Origin: Podarcis erhardii
Lineage: Eukaryota
NCBI GenBank assembly: GCA_964252035.1
Contig: OZ176209.1
DNA length: 64,000 nucleotides
Reading direction: 5' to 3' (one strand)
The notes beneath the pieces are model-generated. The model did not search any database. It had not been told where the DNA came from and saw nothing but the letters and a program-made list of their open reading frames with translations. Position numbers and translations under genes: made by a program. This document shows, piece after piece, positions 11,293-24,945 of the stretch; within the stretch, counting starts at the first letter, position 1; each line of letters starts with the position of its first letter.

Positions 11293-14200
11293 CTGGGAGA
11301 TTTATCAACAAAAAAGAAAAAAGAAAATGAAAGATAGAAAATAAAAAGCTGAAGTTAGAAACAGATGCTGTTTTTAGTGAAAGATGGTGGTTCTCTAAGC
11401 ATTTAACACTGATTCCCTATCAAGAGAATGGGGCAGTGATGATAAATCAAGATGAAGCTTGAATGTTGGGCTGCCACAGTACGCACTATTACTTAAGCAT
11501 GTAATGGAGAAAAATCCTTCCCCATGAAAATCAGGGTTGAAACCACAATGGTTAAAACACACTGATTTTCATTACTAGCAAGAAAAAACACAACATCTTC
11601 AGATGAAAGCTCCCATTGCCCAATGACAAGATCTCTTTAGATTTACCAAAGAAGTTCTAACAGCTTCCTACTGAAGAAGATGCAAGACAATGCTACAGAA
11701 TCTGAACAGGGTTAGAGAATTGTGAAAACTTTATACATCACTTGTATTTTGTCAGAGGTAGGGAGAACCTGTTTTAGCACAGAGACTCTGAAGAAAAAGG
11801 AAATCCCTAAGTCTTTTCAGATGAATTCCAACCTGCTCTGAAGTTATGAACGACACACTAAAGAACCACACTCATATACATGACTACTAGCTTCAGTCTC
11901 TCTAAGGGAAGAGAAATGACCAGTACTAAATCGTTACTCTACTAATATTAGAAATATTAGGAATATTTGTATGGCATTCTTTGAACTCCAGTCAAACACA
12001 CAACTAAGACTTCAAGTCTTAGAGAATTCATAACCGGAAGATATGACTAGTTCACATTTACAAAGGACCAGGCAAAGTTTATGGAGAATAGGCCTATCAA
12101 CAGTTGCTAGTTGTGATAACTAAATGGCACTTTGATGTCCGGTGGCAGTACCCCTCTGAGTATTAGATCCTGGAAGCATTAGATTCAGAGGTAACTAGGC
12201 AGACACTGTTAACAAAAGAATGCTTGACTACATGAATCCTAGGACACAGCAGCTTATTCCCATTATAAAATTATGTTTTTAAAAACTGTTGATTACACAT
12301 CCAAATTCTATAAATGGTTTAATCAACAAAAAAGTTAAGCTGGACATGACACGTGTATTTAGAAAAACAGAATGTTGAAAAATTTTTGCAAGGAGAAATA
12401 TGATCATTTGATTTGTGAATTTCCATACAGAGACTAAGATGGTCATATATTGTTCAACTACCACTAATTCCCAATTTATTTGAGCTTTCTTGTTCTGCTG
12501 ATCTCTGTAGGTATGTTATTTCAGTTCTATGTTTAAACACCTACAAGTGACTGAGATGGGTTTCATCTGCTGGTGAAACACGAGAAAGTAACTTGTTGAT
12601 TCCCCTTTGGCCTGAAGGCTCCAGCACCACCTCCCATGCTGTTCCGGAGGGTTCTCCAACCACATGGAGCAGGTGTTTTTTTTGTTTTTTTGGAGGACAC
12701 AAGCAGCTGAAGGGGAAGCAGGCAACTGAAAAGTCATCTCCCCCTCTTCCACCAGAAGAAATGTCTTGTGAGTGGGACTCTGCTTAGGTTTTGTGGGTCT
12801 TGCAGGCATTAGCCAAGTCTGGATCCAAACCAGAATTTGAAAATAAAATAAATGCTGCAACTGTTTTTAAGTTGTCATATTTGTTTGGATACTTAAAGTG
12901 ACAAATCCTCATCTTTGGTAAGACAGATTTTTTTTTGGGGGGGGGAATACAAAGTAAGGATTAATTACTTGACAATACTTTCTAGAACTAGTGATCCAGA
13001 GTCACCTTTCTTCTCTTGTGAACAGCATTTGGACAGAGTATACAGCCGTTCTATAACTGTTTGAACATCCTCAAGAATCATGAGACAGATTTCAATCTAT
13101 ATCTGTAAAAAGGTCCACTATTATGAGCATTAACCCAAGCTATGTCTGACAAGAAGACTGTCTATATTCCTTTTTAGGGAGGGGGGTCTAACTATGTACC
13201 GATGAGCACATGCTCATGAAGGCCTTTCCAGATATACAGTTAAGAACTGATCTGAAATGGGAGTCAAGAGAGAAATGGGAAAAGAGCAAACAAGCAAGAG
13301 GAGCATTGTTTCTCACTCACCGCCCATTGAAGTTACAACTATTGCAGCCTTCAAATCACAAACCAAGGGTACATAACTGCCCTTCCTCAAGAAGCAAACT
13401 TTAAAAGCAAAACCTGAAAGGTGATGTGGGGTATTGTGAAAATTACCACAGTTTAGAGTCAAATCAAGTGCAAAATAAGTGAAAATGGTCTGCCATAGGC
13501 AGCGTATTACTGTGTGGACAGTAATTTATTTAAATGGGGACAATATTTAACAAAGAAGTTACCCTGGAGGCTGTTCAAGTCATGGGAAAGAAGAAGTGGA
13601 CTACCAAGCACTGAAAGGCAAACGGCACCCATCTCAGAGAGTGAAATAATTTGGGTTGCTCAATATTTGTTGTTAGTAAACCAATGAAAGCTATTTTAGC
13701 TTAGTATCAGTGTGTAAGAGTAAGCACAAAAATTGTGACCTCTCAGCTACCGCTGCAAAGGAACTGTTGCGTGAAACAGGTGGTCTACACTACTTATCAC
13801 TTCAGGGCTAAACCAAAGCAGTAAGGTTGTCCTCAACTACTGACAAATACTTCTCAAATACTGAAAAGTGCTCAAAAAAGCAGTCTCTAGGCTTTGAGAG
13901 ATGCACTGTGCACTCAACTAGGTATCTGGTGTAGATATAATACTCCCGGTTTGCTATCTACCATTAACCAAATAAGGAGTGGGCAGGCAGGTTCTGTCTC
14001 CCCTCTCCATCCTTTCCTTCTGGAGCATGAATTCCCTTTGTCCTTCCCCTGCTGACCTTAACCACATTAATTCAGCAGAAACATTAATTGCTACACAGGA
14101 ATATGGTTTCAGGCTCAGAATTTAGCTTACTGAGAACCTTGGCGTCTTTGTTTTTACCGCAAGGGTTGGAGCATATGTGATAAATGACTTGTGAAAGCTC

Positions 14201-14469
14201 AGAAGCCAAATATAGTATTATGTTTAATTTCTTTTTTCTACACCTCTTCACAAAGGAGCCCAGGGTGACAATATGGCTGCATAATATTTCTAGTGAGGTA
14301 GAGTGGGGGCTTGAGGGCTCCTCGCTGGTCCTGGCCTCTCCTCAAATGGTTAGGAGCAGATAAATGATAGAAACGAAACAAGATGAAAGGGAAATGCATA
14401 ATAGAGGTTGTAGAATTCAGAAAGGGTTACCCTAGTTCAGCAACTTTTTTTCTTCTTAAGTATTTAAGA

Positions 14470-14572
14470 CAGGCCTCCCCAAACTCCCTGACCACTGGTC
14501 CTGTTACTGTAGATAGGGATGATGGGAGTTGTAGTCCCAAAACAGCTGGAGGGCTGAGTTTGGGAATGCCTG
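14470..14572. mobile_element. Palindromic hAT MITE with perfect 8-bp TSD (left arm internally deleted)
   Basis: ATTTAAGA|CAGGCCTCCCCAAACT ... AGTTTGGGAATGCCTG|ATTTAAGA. Confidence 0.85.
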
Positions 14573-16094
14573 ATTTAAGAGTACATATAGCCCTGTGCTC
14601 GAGTACTCTGGGATTGGCTAACTCAGGCACAGTCCTCCTTGAAATCTCAACTACACAAGAGATAGTGTTATCACGGCTTCCTTCCCACAAAAACCTACAT
14701 GCAGTTGAAATACAGGTGTCAGTAGGATATTAAGGTGAGGGACTTCCACATATTGTTGGACTCAAACAGGCCAAGCAGTCAGGGATGGTGAGACTGTCTT
14801 CTGTTAACCTGTTCTGTGTAATACTAAGAAACTGTCATAAGGAAAGGCCATACTGCCTATATGGAATAGCTTTTGTTTATCAGCCAAGTTCAATATTGCA
14901 AAAGGCAAAAAATACATAGTGAGGCTTTGGTATTATTCAAATATATTTTATTAACCTGCATTCTAAGTACTGAACTAAAAAAATATTTAACTGGATTATC
15001 TTTGACTTTAAGCAATATTGTCCTTAAATATTAACTCTGCCCCCAGTGTTTGTTCTTCCCCTTCTCCCGAGGTAAGTAAAAAGAAAGGGGGTGTTCAAAT
15101 TTTAGTAAGAGGGGAGTTATATTCCTTTATAAACCAGAATGGAATCTGAGCCACAATGCAGAATAGGTGCTATTTAGGGCAGCTCAACTTTTAAACAGCA
15201 CGAAGTACTGTCAATTTTGTATTTACTCTTATGAAATGGGTGTGATGTGAGAAATGTGTAATCCACACATGCATGATGTGATACTGCTTTGTCACTTTTG
15301 CAACTGCTAAGCAAAAATGTTTTTTCTAGCAGTGTCTCTGTAATTTGTCACTTGTTCAGAAACCACCTATGTTACAGGAATACCGCATGAATTTCAGGCA
15401 GATGCGCACCACCAACTTTCAAAAAATGTATCTGCTATAAAGTGATGAATATAAGAAAAGGCAATGGGCTAAATTAAGGAATCCTTGCTAATATGATCGC
15501 AGAACAAGTTTAATAATAGAAAGTAGCTGTTGACACACAAAATGGTGGTGTTCTAACATCACAACAACATGGTTTATTGTGACATGAATGAGCCAGAAAA
15601 GTCTTGGAAAACATTTACCTTTAACTAGTCACAAATTCCTAATTCATCTGAACCAAGGAATACCAGTTTAACACAAACTATGGTCAGTTGCAAAACCACC
15701 CAATTTCAAACCATGTGTTATGATGCTAGCTTATTTAAATTATAGTTACTTTAAATGGGAGAGACAGAGGATAAATACTTTAATGAATGAAATCCATTTT
15801 GCATCAATGAAAACACAAAGAAATGAAAGACGGCAAATGTTTTGTTTCCTTGTAAATTAGGCTTAAGGAAGAAATGTACAATCTTGAAAATGAATATGAG
15901 TACCTGAACTACAATAAGTGAAATCAAAACTTATTACTGAAATATTTTAAAACTAAATGCTTCCTGTGTTTTAACAAACTGTTCTTGATCAAGTAGTTAA
16001 GAAATTAAGCTGATGCAATTAATTAAATGAAGATAGCAACAGTGGTTTTTATATTGTTATAAAATTGACATTTAACCAAGTCATTCTCAGAGTA

Positions 16095-16155
16095 GACTCA
16101 CTGACATGGATATGACTAACCTAAGTCCACTGATTTCAGTGGGTCTGAGTATGAC
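16095..16155. repeat. Degenerate palindromic repeat (AAGTCCACTGATTTCAGTGGG core); related copy near 45200-45295
   Basis: Self-complementary core with loosely complementary flanks; family assignment uncertain. Confidence 0.35.
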
Positions 16156-19100
16156 TTAATCTGATACCATCCTATTTTTAGAATACTTAAATTTCCTTTG
16201 ACTAATTGTATCTTTAATAAACATCATTCAAACATAATCTGCACCTCAGCTGTGGTGAATAAAAGGAGAAATAAAAACCTCCTTCTCACAAAGATCCAAA
16301 TTCTGTGAATTTCCAAGAACTATGGCAGAAATTTATAGGGGAAAGCTAAATATTACAAAAGAGCATTTTCAACTATAGTCTCAGTTTTCACATGAACAAA
16401 ATATTATTCAAAGCATCTTTTGAAGAATTGCATGCTCCTGTTGAGGCTGTCAGCAGCTTGGAACTGGCACAAAACCCCAATCTTGAAGCATTAATCTAAA
16501 GACACTGAGCTTCAACTGGTGTGTCGGGAGACACCAGTAAGTTGTGGCCCGATCCGAGGTAGGTTGCAACAGAAGCACGACCATTATGCAAATATATGGT
16601 AAAAAATTAAGTAATGGATGCCAAAATGCGTGTTTGAGTTAAAAGTAGATCCTGGGTTTGAAAGGGTTGAAGATAGCTGATCTAAGATACTAGACTCATA
16701 TTTATATCACAGGTAGCAATTCTCTGCTTTTCCACCACTAGATGGAGATGAAAACCCAGACATGAGGTGATACATTATGACATACCGAAATCCAGCAGAC
16801 TGGAGCAGTCTAGTTCAAATAAATTCAAACACAGATTCATAGGAGAATGGACTTTAGTAAACCCTTCTCTAGCACACATTCAGGACTTCTGAATACATGA
16901 CAAACTATCAAACTCTCTGCTTCGAAGCTCTTCACTGTCAGACGCTTTATACCAAAGCCAGATGGTGGGACACAGTAATCCTGCAACACCTAAGACTTGA
17001 TTCTAAGAAACAGCAAATTAGGTGGCTAATCTGTGTCTCAACTGTACATTTCAGACAGCAGATATAAGCTTGCTGAAACAATTGCTCCCCCATGCAAAAA
17101 AGTCTCTGCACACAAAACTAGGTGCCAGAGAGATGGGCTCTAAGTCAGCCTTCTCCCCAAAAGGCATATGAATTTTCCATGGGGGAATCTTACCTCCCCC
17201 CCCCCCCCATCATGCACAATCAGAGATAATGAAGGACAGACACAGGTTTATCACAATCCATCACCAACATTTATACTCCATCCAAAGCCAGCTAAACGTA
17301 TGAAGTGGCTATAGTGTCCCCTGCAATGGCCATACCCTTGATGGACTTATTGACAGGGATGTCCAGAGTTGCAGCAGAGGCATCAACAGCAGTGGTGGCT
17401 CAGAGAGGAGAACCAGGTATGCAGTGTGAAGCTGTTATTGTGCATTTCTCTACGACCCCAATGTAGTATTGCTCCAGAGAGCTGCTATATGGGACACAAA
17501 ACAGACAGCTCATTTGTTCTTCTAGACTGCTAGGCACTCCCCCAGAGCAAGCAAATCTTTAAAGGGTCCCTATACAGCCCAGGTGGGCCATTTAAGCATT
17601 CCTCTCCCTCCATTCCGCTCAGTGGTGAGAGGAGTTATGAACAACTGCGATAAGTCAGGAAGCTGTCTGTTTAATCCCCTCCCAAAGTCCCTGACATAGC
17701 ATCACTGGGAATCAACACAGTATCAGGGACATGGGAAAGCAATTAAACTGGCTCCTTTGCTGCAACTGCTCAGAGCTCCTTAGCACTGAAAAGCAAAGGA
17801 TGAGTGGAATTATGAGTCTGCTTAGTTAAGAACTTTCCTTGCTGCTTGGTGCAGATAGAAGTAGAGTGACTGCAGAGAGCGCTGAAGTCTATTTTAATTC
17901 CTCACCCATTTTCCTGTTATGGCATTATTCTGAAGCAATACTACTTTGAGAGCGCTGACAGTATATAGCCATTGCTCCAGCTCCTCAGCAGTGCAGAATG
18001 GCAAAACGGAATACCTTTGCCCAGCCCAGAGCATCAGTGGACTCAGCTGGGGCCCTTTGGGCTCCAGCATCGGACTGACCACATCATGTGCTGATGCCAG
18101 GCCCAACTTTCTATAAAATATTCAAGGCACTTAACCATCTCATCTGCTATCTGAAGTCTATAATTCACCTGTGCAGTGTAATGCCAGAGGGAATATAGAA
18201 GTCTTTTTAAAAAATAAAATGAAAAAAATATATGCTAAAGGGGCTGTGATCTCGTGGTCTACCTTGAGTAAGTTAGAATGTGTACACCGCTCAATAAGCC
18301 TTAGCTTATTTTAAGATTCAGCTGTGAAGTATTCCTCCAAGTTAAAATGATTATCGTCATCTCTTAAAGCATCTATTTTTATCTTGTGAATCACACTGAG
18401 GTCCTTTGATGAAAGACGGTATATAAATCTAATAAATAATAATAAAATATAATAAAATAAAAATAACCCAAGAGCTTTGGAAAGGAGGCATCACAACAGA
18501 AGCTGTTACTACTGGTGGAAGTTAACACTAGTTAGCAATGCCTTATTCAAACTGACTTCTGTAAAAATGAGAAATATAGGAGTTACACCGGTCTGGCACA
18601 CAGTGAAAAGACCGAAAGGGTTCTGGTTCATTCACACTCCCTATGCATACTACCTCTGATGGCTCTAGATTCACCACGTAAACTGGCCAGATGAAAATTT
18701 TAGCCTCTGCAGAAATTGGCATTTCACACTCATGGCCAGCGTTATGCTTCATTCCACACTTCTTGACAATGCACATGTAACTTTTCCAGTTGTTTAACCA
18801 TAGTCAATTGGTATGAATAGGGTAAGAGATCATGCTCTCCTTTGTCTCCTACCTTCTGGAGGATGACTGAGCCCCACCTTTTATTGCTGCTGAGTAAGTA
18901 TTCCTGCAAAGAGGGGAATGCAGCTCATGATAAGTGATTCTAGGAACAGTTCTTTTGTTTAGCCATGGTTAAACCATCCGGAACATCATGTGTCCATAGG
19001 CTCCTACTCTCGACTAGTTTTCTCCTCTAGAGCTCAAGTTCTACTGATTTTACAATGCTTGCTCTGTGCACTGAGTAGTTTCAGTTAAAAACATTCCAGA

Positions 19101-19421
19101 AACAATTACATTTCAAACACTCTTCCACCCAATGATCCTGGGGTTAGATGGTGTTTAACACCTGATGTCTTCACCCTACAGACCAGGGCTGACTATTCCG
19201 CCAAGAACATACCATTATTAAACATACCAAGAACACATCATACCATTAAATATGGTACATACCATACTGTACATGGAAACTCCTTTGATAATAAGCAGGT
19301 TTTGCATGGCCAGTTATTTTGTAGGACTAAGACTATGAACCAATGAACGGGAAGTGACTGGTCCAAAGGAAAGGAAAATCTAGTATGACGCCCTGTATTC
19401 TGCCATGCCCAGGGAGAGCCA

Positions 19422-19565
19422 GGGGCCGTAGTATAGGACTTGCTTTGCAATGCAGAAGGTTCAATCCCCAACATCTCAAGGAACTCAGACTGCAGAGCTG
19501 AGAAAACACTGCCCTGGAGAGATGCTGCTGCTAATACTGAATGAGATAAACCAGCAGTATAGAGC
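19422..19565 (+). mobile_element. Degenerate tRNA-derived SINE (squamate family)
   Basis: GGGGCCGTAG...GCAGAAGGTTCAATCCC head and GCCCTGGAGAGATGCTGC body; similar to 50834-51015. Confidence 0.55.
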
Positions 19566-22500
19566 AAAGTGGTATGCTCACACAGAGAAAAGGGTTTAAT
19601 ACTCAGCAGGTTCTGGTTTTTGCATCTGGGAGAGCTTTAAAGTTTTTTTTCTGGAATAACTGAATAATTTAAAAATATTTCCCTTCAATATTACTATTTC
19701 AATGACAACTAATGCATCAACATAGGAAAAACGGACAAGGCACTGGCAGTCCAGCACTGGTGGTTTGTGCAATCTTTTCAAACAAAACAAAACAATCTTT
19801 TCAAACAAAACAAAAAATGTATCTTAGCAATTATAAATCCCCTCAGCAGATATGAAGACAAAGGAGACTTTTAATGTAAAGTACATTTGTACTAAATTCT
19901 GAAAGCTGCTCCACAAGTTACATTGTAGAAAACACAGCACTTGTTTTCTGCTGCTATGTACGTGTAGCAAGCAGCCATCACCATTTTTGGATAGCTATTC
20001 TGCATTTCATGGCTCTCTTTTTGAAGTGTTTTGCCCTTCAATTCTCATGGTAAATGTAGACATTTAATTCTGGGACCTGTTCCCAGGTAGTCTTTGAGCT
20101 TTATATTTGGTAAGAACATAATTAGATAACAAAAGCATTTTGACATCTAAAATGATAAAAAAGACAATTCAATTCTGTAAGTTACTCTACAGTGTAACAT
20201 AGCTAAACGGTCTTACCTGTGTCACCTTTCACTTTAAACTAGGATGAATAAAACACAACATGATGCTGGCTTACAGGAAGATATCCCAATAGGTAAGAGC
20301 GTCACAATAAAAGCTTACATGGCTCCAGAACCAAACTCCTCCATGGTAGTATAGCAACCTGGATGTACTAACATAAGCAGACCTTTGAAATGGGGTTTGA
20401 GTTTAGTTTAGCAAAAGTGTAAAGTACATGCTCTGGGTGTAGAAAGCCCCAAATCTGATATTCTAGCTCTCTACTTCAGAATTTGTCAGGCAGCTGGATA
20501 GTGGGACACTTCTCCAGCACCTTACAGAGCAGGTCTACAACCTAGGTGCCCCTTAGAACTAACCTGACCAAAGCTGAATTCAGATGTACACTTCTCTTTC
20601 AGTGAGTGATGCACAAAATACTGTTAATTCTCTTAGACTCACATTTCAGCATCATTTTGAGTAAGATTATCAAATAAGGAAATCCTCCTTACTATATATT
20701 TCTCTATGAAACCGAGTCACACAAGTGAAATCCCCTAAAAGCCCCTAAGCATCATCAAGACAAAATAAAGATGCCATTTCATATTCATATAGAAAATGTC
20801 TTCACTTTTGAGCTTGAGCCAGCAATCATGCCATTGTAATTTTCCTTTGTTAGACTACCTCCTTATAAATCTTAATATCAGCAATGTTGACATCTAATAA
20901 TATTGAAGTAGCTATGAACTGTCAACTCATATGGAATTTGGTATTTATACAGCATAAGCAGCAGCTATTAACAAGGTCTGAAAAGATATGCCGGGAAAAG
21001 TGAAAAGGCCTTGAATGCAGATATCTTTATATACACATACTTTCCTGGGATTGGGCAGTCTGTCCAAAACGCAACTGTGGCCCATCAACTGCCCATCTCT
21101 AGTTTAGGATTTAGTTATACTGAAGTTCAAATGAGTAATCTGAGATACCGTTGTATATGTACAAGACTTGGAAACTATACAGGTTGCTTAATATAAAAAA
21201 GCAGCTTAGAGAACAGGAAAAGCAAAGCATCTCACTTAAAAAACCCAAATGCACTGGAGCAGAAATAAATATTTTTTCATACCACAGTTTAGTTGCATCA
21301 TCACAGTTACTCTGTAAACCAATGAACATGCCCTTAAATATGTCATTCTGTTTTTATGTTGTGTTTTACATTTATTACGATTCAAACTGAAGAGTTTCAG
21401 AAAAGGGGAAGAGTTTCGGGGGGGGGGATTACATTCCCTGCAAATTCTAAATTAAGGTTGTGATCCAAGTCAAATATGGACAGGATACATACACACCCCT
21501 AACTACATATGTTGTGTGTTACAAATGCTGTTAGAGCATTTAAACTTTAAGTGTGTTTAGAAACAAGTTACGTGCTTTGGCATGAGAGCAACTGAAATAG
21601 GACCTTGGAGAAACGCTGAAGAGATCTTAGAAATACATCCCAACTTTGCAGAAATGGTTTTTAAGTAAAGCAAGGGGAGTACTTGAAAGGGAAACTTAGA
21701 AAGTAAGTCAATTGTGCATGCAGCTCTGGATCATGACCGAAGCCTTCAGGGACTTGTAAATAAAGTGGCCTAAACACTACTGTGTGCTTAGTAACAATTA
21801 TTAAGCCATTATGCAGAGCAGCAGACCACTGCGCTTTGTAAGCAAAGACTGGAATCCAGATTCCGCTTTTCATATGGTCAGATAAACAGAACATGGACGA
21901 TAAAGAATAGAACACAGAATTTTGCTTTTGCTTTTTTCGCTATTGGGAGGTAATCAATTCCCATTTTTATACCTTACATTTGATAGAAATAGAGCAGAGT
22001 AAAATGAGTGATCTCTCCATTAACATCTCTATGTGCTGGTAACTAGATTTACTAGCTAGTTCTATTCTAAAGCTCTGCTGTAATATCTTAATTTTTAAGC
22101 ATTGCTCTTGATCTGCAATGCCCCCATAGTGACAGGACTTTCTTGACAGGTACTGCCACATTCATAAGATATGGACACATACCAGCAAATAAATCAACAT
22201 TCTGTGGGAGAAAACAGGAAAGTCGTGAGAATAAAAGATCCTCACTGATTGCCCTCTTGTGGGTTAGCTATCTGTTTGAACACAGTAATTTTCCTAACAG
22301 CAATAATTAAATTAAATGTTTGCTAAGTATACTGGCAATGGAGAAATGGTAGAAACAGACAAGAGTGAGCATGACAAGGTATCAACACAAAAGGTCATAA
22401 AATGAACAAGTATGATGGTGATGATCCTCGTGAACTGTCATACTAGAGATAAAACTATGTGCTTAGGGAAGCCCTCTTCTTGTTCAGCTCAGAATTTTAA

Positions 22501-23419
22501 TGCTTTAATATTACTTAGACTCGTTGAACACAATAATCTAATTTTCACTTTTATTTTAGTTTGGCAGAAATGATGATAGTGAGAAGATACAGAAAAACGG
22601 GAAATAAAATATATTTATGTAAGAACTTGGGCCTCATCTTCACTGGAGTTCTTTCCTTCTCCCTACCTTCTTGGTCCCTCAATGGAAATGAAATCAAGAA
22701 AGCCTGCTGGAGTATCTAATATTTGCAATAAATTCAGATCCTAAGCATATGTTAAAGATGCAAATGCAAACCATGGCAATGTGAATCACCTTAAAGTCTT
22801 TGAATAGAATAATCTTGTGTTAACTTAACAGGAAAGGAAGATAAACAGAGATAAATAGTCTAATGTAATAGTCTAATAACAGAGATAAATAGTCTAATGT
22901 AAAATGAATGCAAGGTCCAGCGCATATACTTTACTGGACAATACATGACAGACCCAGCTCACCTTTGGAGGTCCAAACAATATGCCACCATCCCCTCTAT
23001 TACTAGAGGTCATGACATATAATGGCATTGTGTCTATAACCTGCTGCAATGTCTTCTGCAAACATCCAACCCTGCACATATGAAGCGTACACTGAGGTTG
23101 GAACATGCCCGCCAGGCTATTAACAGATGTTAACTAGGAAGGCTTCCAATCAAGCGTCAGAACTCAGAACAGAAGCTTGAAAAATATGAAAAACAAAATG
23201 TCTCTAGTGGACTTTGCTGAGTTTCAGTCACTGGAAACCAAGTTCATTTCTAATCTGTTAATAGGCAAGCTATTCCACTGAAGGTCCCTGAAGTGTAGTA
23301 AAGCAAGCTCACAATAACATAAGAGTTACATATTGATACCAAATACATGGGCCAGTTGCTTTGACATCTAAAAAGTGATCAAAACATTCCCTCCTTGTCC
23401 TTTTGTGTTGTATCATTCG

Positions 23420-23510
23420 GATTGTAAGCCTGTGGGCAGCAAATGCCTTGCTTGTTACTCTGGGAGCTTTTACGGCTGAAGAGCGGGGTACAAATGTGTT
23501 ATACATATGA
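23420..23510 (+). mobile_element. L2-type 3' tail fragment
   Basis: GATTGTAAGCCTGTGGGCAG ... GGCTGAAGAGCGGGGTACAAAT. Confidence 0.45.
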
Positions 23511-23934
23511 ATATTTAAAAAAACAGGTAAAACTATAAAACTCTATTTACATATATATACATAATACAAACTGACAAAACAAAATACCCAATACTTCCTT
23601 TAGTCATTCCTTTGGAAGAAAAGCTGCACTCAAGAACAACAAGGAAGTCGCATCATATTCTACATGAGGAGCTCCATAGGGGTGAGTTGCAAGACTGATG
23701 CCATTTAATTATCTTCTGAAGCGGTCCACACATTTCACAAAAGTCAATGATGATACAACACTGGAAGAGCCTAGAAACATAATGGGCTAATTTTCTGGGA
23801 AGGTGGTGCCAAAGGCTGTGGCAGAGCAACTCCCAAGTATTCCTGAATGATACTGATTATCTGGATTCACTTCAATCAGTGTCCCCTGCTTCTAAAACTG
23901 AATTGTCCTGATTTATGGTCTTTATCAAGAGAAG

Positions 23935-24945
23935 GACAAGGAAGTGTGACCCTTATTACTCTTACTAGATCTCTCCATGGCTTTTGACACCATTGAGCAG
24001 GATGAGTATCAAAAGGCATTGTATTACAATGGTTTCGTTCCTACCTGAATGGTCAAATCTAGAAATGAACTGGGGAGTGGGGGGAGAGTTACTTGGCCTC
24101 CTAGCACTTATGCGATAGGATTCCACCAGGCACTGCTTTGTCCCTGGAGGGCAGGGTTTGCATTCCCTTTGATGGAGCAGGCACATAGATTGGAGGTACA
24201 GCTGAATACATCTTTGTCAACCAAAGTCTAAGTTTCCTTTTTTGCTTGGAGGGCTTTTTACCAGCTTCACCTGCTCAACTACAGCCATATCTGGATGGGG
24301 ATAACCTGGCCATCATAGACCATGCACTCAAGACTAGATTACTGAAATGCACTCTATGTGGGGCCACCCTTGGGATTGATCCAGAAGCTCCAGCTAGGGC
24401 AGAACACAGCACCTAAGATAGTTGATGTGAAGAGATGGTGGGCAACATGTAATACTGCTGCTAAAATATCTGCTCTGGCTGCCATGTTACAGGGCAAGGC
24501 TCAAGCCTCTTATATTAATATAGAAGGCCTTGAACAACTTGGATTCTGAGTACCTTAAGATATTGAAAGGGCTGCCTGAGTTCTTATATGCCAGTTTGAT
24601 CATTGAGATCTGGAGGAGTGATGTTAGTTGTCCCCCATGTTTCAATAGCCCGACTGCTTTTGATGAGACGTTAGGCATCTAGTGCTGTTGGTCCCCTACT
24701 GGAGAATTCTCTTCCAGCAGATGTGGCAGGAATCCTCACTTCTAAGTTTCAGACATCCTCTTGAAGATTTTTATGTGTTGCCAGTCCTATTCAATGGTTT
24801 ACACTTTTACGAGGCAGTCATTTTTACAATTATTCTGTATTGCTGTTAATTGTATTTTATATATTTTGTAGATCCTGCTGTACACCGCACTGAAATTTTG
24901 CATGTGAGTGGTATATAAATATTTTTAATAAATAAAATTAAAATG
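23935..24945 (+). mobile_element. Degenerate L2-clade LINE fragment (RT region to 3' tail)
   Basis: LLLDLSMAFDTI RT motif at 23959-23994, decayed ORF2 downstream, AT-rich tail ending AATAAATAAAATT. Confidence 0.75.

Noticed and set aside
12516-12860. 114-aa minus-strand ORF / possible exon 12541-12818 in intron 10
   Set aside because: Weak donor (GTGTTT), early stop in the exon-10 frame, no recognisable protein.
17894-18106. ORF with a PH-domain-like phrase (AEELEQWLYTVSAL)
   Set aside because: Isolated short match with no splice support or other PH-domain elements.
22844-22902. Local 25-bp direct duplication (AACAGAGATAAATAGTCTAATGTAA x2)
   Set aside because: Consistent with ordinary replication slippage; no functional signature.
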